IMG/VR virus record: IMGVR_UViG_3300050821_011122 | DNA from: an uncultured virus (IMG/VR IMGVR_UViG_3300050821_011122) | Lineage: Duplodnaviria; Heunggongvirae; Uroviricota; Caudoviricetes | Length of the DNA: 20,000 bases | Reading direction: 5' to 3' (one strand) | Shown here: piece after piece, positions 16,307 to 20,000 of the stretch | Numbering within the stretch: position 1 is the first letter of the stretch | Layout of the letters: each line of letters starts with the position of its first letter | The notes under the pieces: model-generated | What the model saw: only the letters and a program-made list of their open reading frames with translations | Told to the model about the DNA's origin: nothing | The model's database searches: none | Translations under genes and position numbers: made by a program

Positions 16307-18173
16307 ATTTCCTCTTCAATGCCTCGTAATCTTTTTCCTTGGCCTCAGCCCAGTTTCTGCCGCTCCCAACCTCCCACAGAATTGGCACTCTGAACTTCGT
16401 GGACTGCTCATTCAGGAGCTCCTCAAACCGAGAGGCGTAAGCGGGGTCGGGCGGCTGGTCTCCATCTAGCTCATCATGGACCGGATACCTAGCAGTCAGT
16501 TGAAGGTCCTTACGATTATCGTAAACTTCTTTAATCTTCTTCTTCATCACGTCCCCGGCAGTACCCTGCAGTACCCTGTTCAGCGCTGAGTGCGGCTTGT
16601 ACTGAATCTCCTCAATCTGCCGGATCTTAGGATCTTTTGAACTTGGCTTCACGAACCTTGCCCGTCTCCCCAGGTAGGTCTTGACGTAGCCGCGTTCGTT
16701 CGCCAGCCTCGTCGCCTGGTCTAAGAGCACCTGCACCTCTGGGAACTCCTGGTCATATGCATCGACAAAGACGTCTGCCTTCTTCCTCGGCAGCCCAAGC
16801 TCAGATGCCACCTTCGCCCTGCCACCTCCATAAACCTTTGTGAAGTTCATGGTCTTCGCGGGCTGCCTGTCAAAGTCCGGGATTACCATCCGAATCAGAT
16901 CACGAACCTTGTCGTGGAAGTCAACCCTTGGGTTATCGCGATAAGCCTGTAGCAGCTTCTCGCTCTTCGCATAGTGGGCGAAGAGGCGGAACTCGATTTG
17001 CGCGGCGTCAGCCGCCACGAACACCTTACCAGGCTCCGGGATGAAAAGCTCACGGATAATCCAGTCAGGCCCCACCATCTTCAGTTGGTCTTTCACCCGC
17101 ATTACCTGCTGGAGATTCGCCCCCGCCCGCTGCGAGGGCGCCGCCATGCTGAACCTGCCAGAGATGGTGCCGTAGTTCTCTTCAGTAGATCGAAGTTGGT
17201 GGAGGCTGTACCTCAGGATGTTCTTGCTGTCCAGCGCCTTCAAGTACTTCACCAGGTACTTCGACAGCAGGCTGTCAAGCCGTCTGACCTTCAGTGCCAG
17301 CTGGACGTCATCATTCTTTACTTTTTCCAGGAAGTCGGCCTCGAAGCTAGCACCCCCTTTTGAGGTTGAAGGATAAGACAGGCCATGGTACTTGAAGAGC
17401 CTGACCATGTCGTCGCCGGAGTTCGGGTTCACTTTGAATTTTACCCGTTGTGAGAGCTCGATGGATAGTGAACTTACCCTTGTCTGAACCTCCCGAACCC
17501 AGCGCTCAAGCTTCGGCCTGTCTATCAGGGCGCCATTGCGCTCCATCTCAACCACGGCATAGATGATGCTGTCCTCGAGGTCTAAAACTTGTTCTAGTTC
17601 CTCCGCCTTAATTTTAGCTTGAAAGAATAAATCAAGATCACGAACGTCCACAGCGTCCTGCTCTGCATAGGGACCAACCGCCCCAGCCGGCATTTCTGAG
17701 ATGTGACCACGTTCTTCTTTCCTTATGTCGTCGCTCTTATGGCGGCCAAGGAAATCAAGCAGCAGCTGGTTAAGGTTAAACCGCTGCCGTCTTTCATCCA
17801 GCAGGGCTGCCGGGAACGCCACGTCATGGACCCGGCAGCCAAGCTCTTCGAGGTTGATGCCGCTGTTAAGCAGGCAGTGGACGTCATACTTAGCGTTGAG
17901 AAAGACGAGATCCTTGCCATGTAGTTCCACCATCCACCGCTTGAACTTCTCAACGTCTGGCTCGTAGAACTTAGTGCCGTCTTCAAGACAGCAGCTGACT
18001 CCAATTACCCGCGCCTTCAGGGGATCCTTGCTCGTGGTCTCCGTGTCCATCCAGATTCTTTTATGATTGACCAACGGAGGTAAAAACTCAAGAGGATGCC
18101 AGTTAGGATCCACCTCCATGACCGGGGCAAACAGGCTGAGGCCCCGGTGGTCTTTGTGTGGGAGGCGGCTCAT
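16299..18173 (-). CDS. polA: Family A DNA polymerase with 3'-5' exonuclease domain (no 5'-3' exonuclease)
   Basis: ExoI DTET, ExoII NAKYD, ExoIII YAEQDA; SGRFS, NLQQ, motif A DAAQIEFR, motif B R..AK..NF...YG, N..LQGTAGD, motif C VHDEL. Confidence 0.96.
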   Translation of the reverse strand: MSRLPHKDHRGLSLFAPVMEVDPNWHPLEFLPPLVNHKRIWMDTETTSKDPLKARVIGVSCCLEDGTKFYEPDVEKFKRWMVELHGKDLVFLNAKYDVHCLLNSGINLEELGCRVHDVAFPAALLDERRQRFNLNQLLLDFLGRHKSDDIRKEERGHISEMPAGAVGPYAEQDAVDVRDLDLFFQAKIKAEELEQVLDLEDSIIYAVVEMERNGALIDRPKLERWVREVQTRVSSLSIELSQRVKFKVNPNSGDDMVRLFKYHGLSYPSTSKGGASFEADFLEKVKNDDVQLALKVRRLDSLLSKYLVKYLKALDSKNILRYSLHQLRSTEENYGTISGRFSMAAPSQRAGANLQQVMRVKDQLKMVGPDWIIRELFIPEPGKVFVAADAAQIEFRLFAHYAKSEKLLQAYRDNPRVDFHDKVRDLIRMVIPDFDRQPAKTMNFTKVYGGGRAKVASELGLPRKKADVFVDAYDQEFPEVQVLLDQATRLANERGYVKTYLGRRARFVKPSSKDPKIRQIEEIQYKPHSALNRVLQGTAGDVMKKKIKEVYDNRKDLQLTARYPVHDELDGDQPPDPAYASRFEELLNEQSTKFRVPILWEVGSGRNWAEAKEKDYEALKRKYE

Positions 18174-18691
18174 CCGACCTCGTACTTACTTGTATAGTTG
18201 CCAAGCTTGCGATAGCCGACGTTTGCAACTCTTACCTCCATGCCGGGCTTTCTCAGTAGTAGCTCGAGACCCCGGTGGTCAGGGTAGTCTTCTAGTGCAT
18301 AGACATAGGTGACGGCGGTCTGTAGTATAAGTTTTGCACAGCTGTGGCACGGCAAATTGGTGCAGTATAGGCTCTTCGCTAGCCGTGGATCCGGCAGCCA
18401 GACCAAACAGGAAGCTTCCGCGTGATTCGCCTCGCAGTTGCTGCTTTCATTCCCCGCGTCCCCGGAGACCGCGGAACCAGGCGCGGCCCCCGGGTAGCAG
18501 GGGTTTCCCTCGTTACAGTGAGGGAAGCCGGGGGCAACTCCATTGTAGCCCAAAGACAAAAGTCGATTGTTCTCGTCGACAATCAGGCAGGCCGTTTGGC
18601 GTCGGACGCAGGTGCCGCGCTGCTGAAGGGCCTGGAGGACTAATGCCCAACCTTCATCTCTAGAGGGCCTTGGACTAACAAAGTTATTCAT
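18170..18691 (-). CDS. dCMP deaminase family protein
   Basis: RGTC.RR, GYNG...G..HC, HAE and PC..C zinc-binding motifs. Confidence 0.92.
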   Translation of the reverse strand: MNNFVSPRPSRDEGWALVLQALQQRGTCVRRQTACLIVDENNRLLSLGYNGVAPGFPHCNEGNPCYPGAAPGSAVSGDAGNESSNCEANHAEASCLVWLPDPRLAKSLYCTNLPCHSCAKLILQTAVTYVYALEDYPDHRGLELLLRKPGMEVRVANVGYRKLGNYTSKYEVG

Positions 18692-18694
18692 ATT

Positions 18695-19972
18695 TTACTT
18701 TTCTTGAAATTTTCGAAGTTCGTGAAGCCAAGTATTTTTTATTTCTTTTTTGTCCGCCAACGATTTTAAATGGTTTATTAGTTCTTTTCCATTCTTAAAT
18801 TCTTTAGGATCAAAAGGGGAATATTTGAAGCCAAGAGTCATTCCGTTAAGACATTTTTCTATATTTTCTATATCAGTTTTGTATATATGCCGGGATGCTG
18901 CATTTTGATAAAGAAATCCTAAGGTTAAATCCAGTTTTGATTCAATTAGAATGTAAGCGGCCCACATGCTGAAGGAAAAAATATCGTATGGAACTCCTAG
19001 GTATACATCGCTAGACCTCATGTTAACTACAAGATCAAGTCTTTTTTCTCTAATTAAAAAGTGACAGGTTAAGGTGCAAGGAATGTCTTTTGAAGCTTTA
19101 GGATTTTTTCTCCATATGCTGGCGACTGCTTGACGAGTATTAGGATCTTTGCGCAGGGTCCTTATAAGGTAGTCCGTTTGCTTTTTTAGAGGAGGTCCAT
19201 AAGCGCCAAAGAAGTTAAAGCCATTGTCACTAAAATTGGATATAATTTTACTGTAAGGCGCAAGTGTTTTAACTCTATTGTCTCCCGAAAGAATCCAAGC
19301 AGCTTCTGCGCACATAAAACGATAACCAAGTTTTCTTTCTACCACTGTAAGTACAGGTGTGTCCATCCTCACTATTATCTGGGAATTTATTAATTCTTTT
19401 GTTTCTTTTCCTCGAGGATAAACTGCAGCCCCATGATAATAGACGTCGCAAAGAAGACGAAGCCAAGCGGAATCCATAGAAAGAGGACCTATTTCACGCA
19501 CTCGATGCCAAAGTCTAGTTCCTGTAGATATATCTCCAATTGGAGTAAAAGGTTTGTTTCTATTCTTGATTCTCCTCAGTGCACATTTTGTCGATTGGGT
19601 ATCTTTGGCTTTCCAAGGTTTATTAGATCTATTAACCAACATATTTCTTCTTTTTCGATCGTCCTTCCAAGCTTCTACGAGAGTTCTACTGTGCCTTCTG
19701 CCGTTATTTAGCGCGTTACATAATTGCCGGACGGGAAATTTTGCCATCCATGCTTTTTCAGAAATATCCTCAATTATAGTTAAGTTTATGATAATGGGGT
19801 CCACGGTTAAGGATCTTAACCAATTAACTAATCGAGCATTTGCTTTTTTTCCTCCATATCTTTTTAAAGATAGATGTTGGCCTAAACGTTCTTGTAAAGT
19901 TAAAGCAGTAGATCCAACATACTTTATTATCTCTATTTTTCTTGGATCTGCTAAGCCATAAACAGTTTTCAT
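18695..19972 (-). CDS. GIY-YIG nuclease domain fused to a thymidylate synthase family enzyme (dCMP-type, likely dCMP methylase/hydroxymethylase)
   Basis: aa 1-90 VYGLADPR...KYVGST...L.ERL.QH...E.AW...LCN; aa ~166-425 PRG..TKEL, EAAWILSG, GAYGP, D..TRQA, DIPCT, MRSSDVYLGVPYD, S.HIY; SD-like AAGGGGG upstream. Confidence 0.85.
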   Translation of the reverse strand: MKTVYGLADPRKIEIIKYVGSTALTLQERLGQHLSLKRYGGKKANARLVNWLRSLTVDPIIINLTIIEDISEKAWMAKFPVRQLCNALNNGRRHSRTLVEAWKDDRKRRNMLVNRSNKPWKAKDTQSTKCALRRIKNRNKPFTPIGDISTGTRLWHRVREIGPLSMDSAWLRLLCDVYYHGAAVYPRGKETKELINSQIIVRMDTPVLTVVERKLGYRFMCAEAAWILSGDNRVKTLAPYSKIISNFSDNGFNFFGAYGPPLKKQTDYLIRTLRKDPNTRQAVASIWRKNPKASKDIPCTLTCHFLIREKRLDLVVNMRSSDVYLGVPYDIFSFSMWAAYILIESKLDLTLGFLYQNAASRHIYKTDIENIEKCLNGMTLGFKYSPFDPKEFKNGKELINHLKSLADKKEIKNTWLHELRKFQEK

Positions 19973-20000
19973 AGACCATGCGCCCCCTTCAACTTCTGAA
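19969..20000 (-). CDS. 3' end of an upstream gene (…QKLKGAHGL*), truncated by window end
   Basis: Open frame ending in a TGA that overlaps the ATG at 19972 (ATGA coupling); only 9 sense codons visible. Confidence 0.35.
   Translation of the reverse strand, partial: QKLKGAHGL

Noticed and set aside
15228..18173. Z-genome (2-aminoadenine) system suggested by PolA plus a MazG-like gene
   Set aside because: No purZ or datZ in the window; the neighbouring enzymes point to pyrimidine modification.
18695..19972. Group I intron or intein explaining the GIY-YIG domain
   Set aside because: The nuclease is at the extreme N-terminus, the TS domain is uninterrupted, and no intein C/S...HN ends or obvious intron core are visible. 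The frame is open to the window edge, so a longer N-terminus cannot be fully excluded, but the SD and ATGA overlap favour 19972.
1..20000. CRISPR arrays, tRNA/rRNA genes, IS elements
   Set aside because: Coding density is nearly complete; no spaced direct repeats, cloverleaf candidates or transposase motifs were seen.

Overview
A bacteriophage genome segment with a contractile (myovirus-type) tail, made of two convergent arms. The + strand (1-15112, GC-rich) is a translationally coupled late operon. It runs: Dit-like protein, baseplate plug, hub, Gp138-type spike, wedge, baseplate J/gp47, DUF2612 and a short gp53-like fibre, then a putative lysis cassette (membrane proteins, Tlde1/DUF2778 peptidoglycan enzyme, lipoprotein). 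The - strand (15228-20000) carries a DNA metabolism block: GIY-YIG/thymidylate-synthase-family fusion, dCMP deaminase, family A DNA polymerase, VRR-NUC-like nuclease and MazG-like NTP pyrophosphohydrolase. Two things stand out. (1) Three large fibre/spike-like genes inside the baseplate module all start with Sec signal peptides (predicted cleavage before Gln) and are rich in paired cysteines. This suggests receptor-binding proteins that are exported, oxidatively folded and attached to virions outside the cytoplasm. (2) An AT-rich thymidylate synthase homologue has Asp at the substrate-specificity position (dCMP-type) and is fused to a GIY-YIG nuclease domain, suggesting a cytosine-modification pathway. 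All family calls come from motif recognition by eye; no searches were run.
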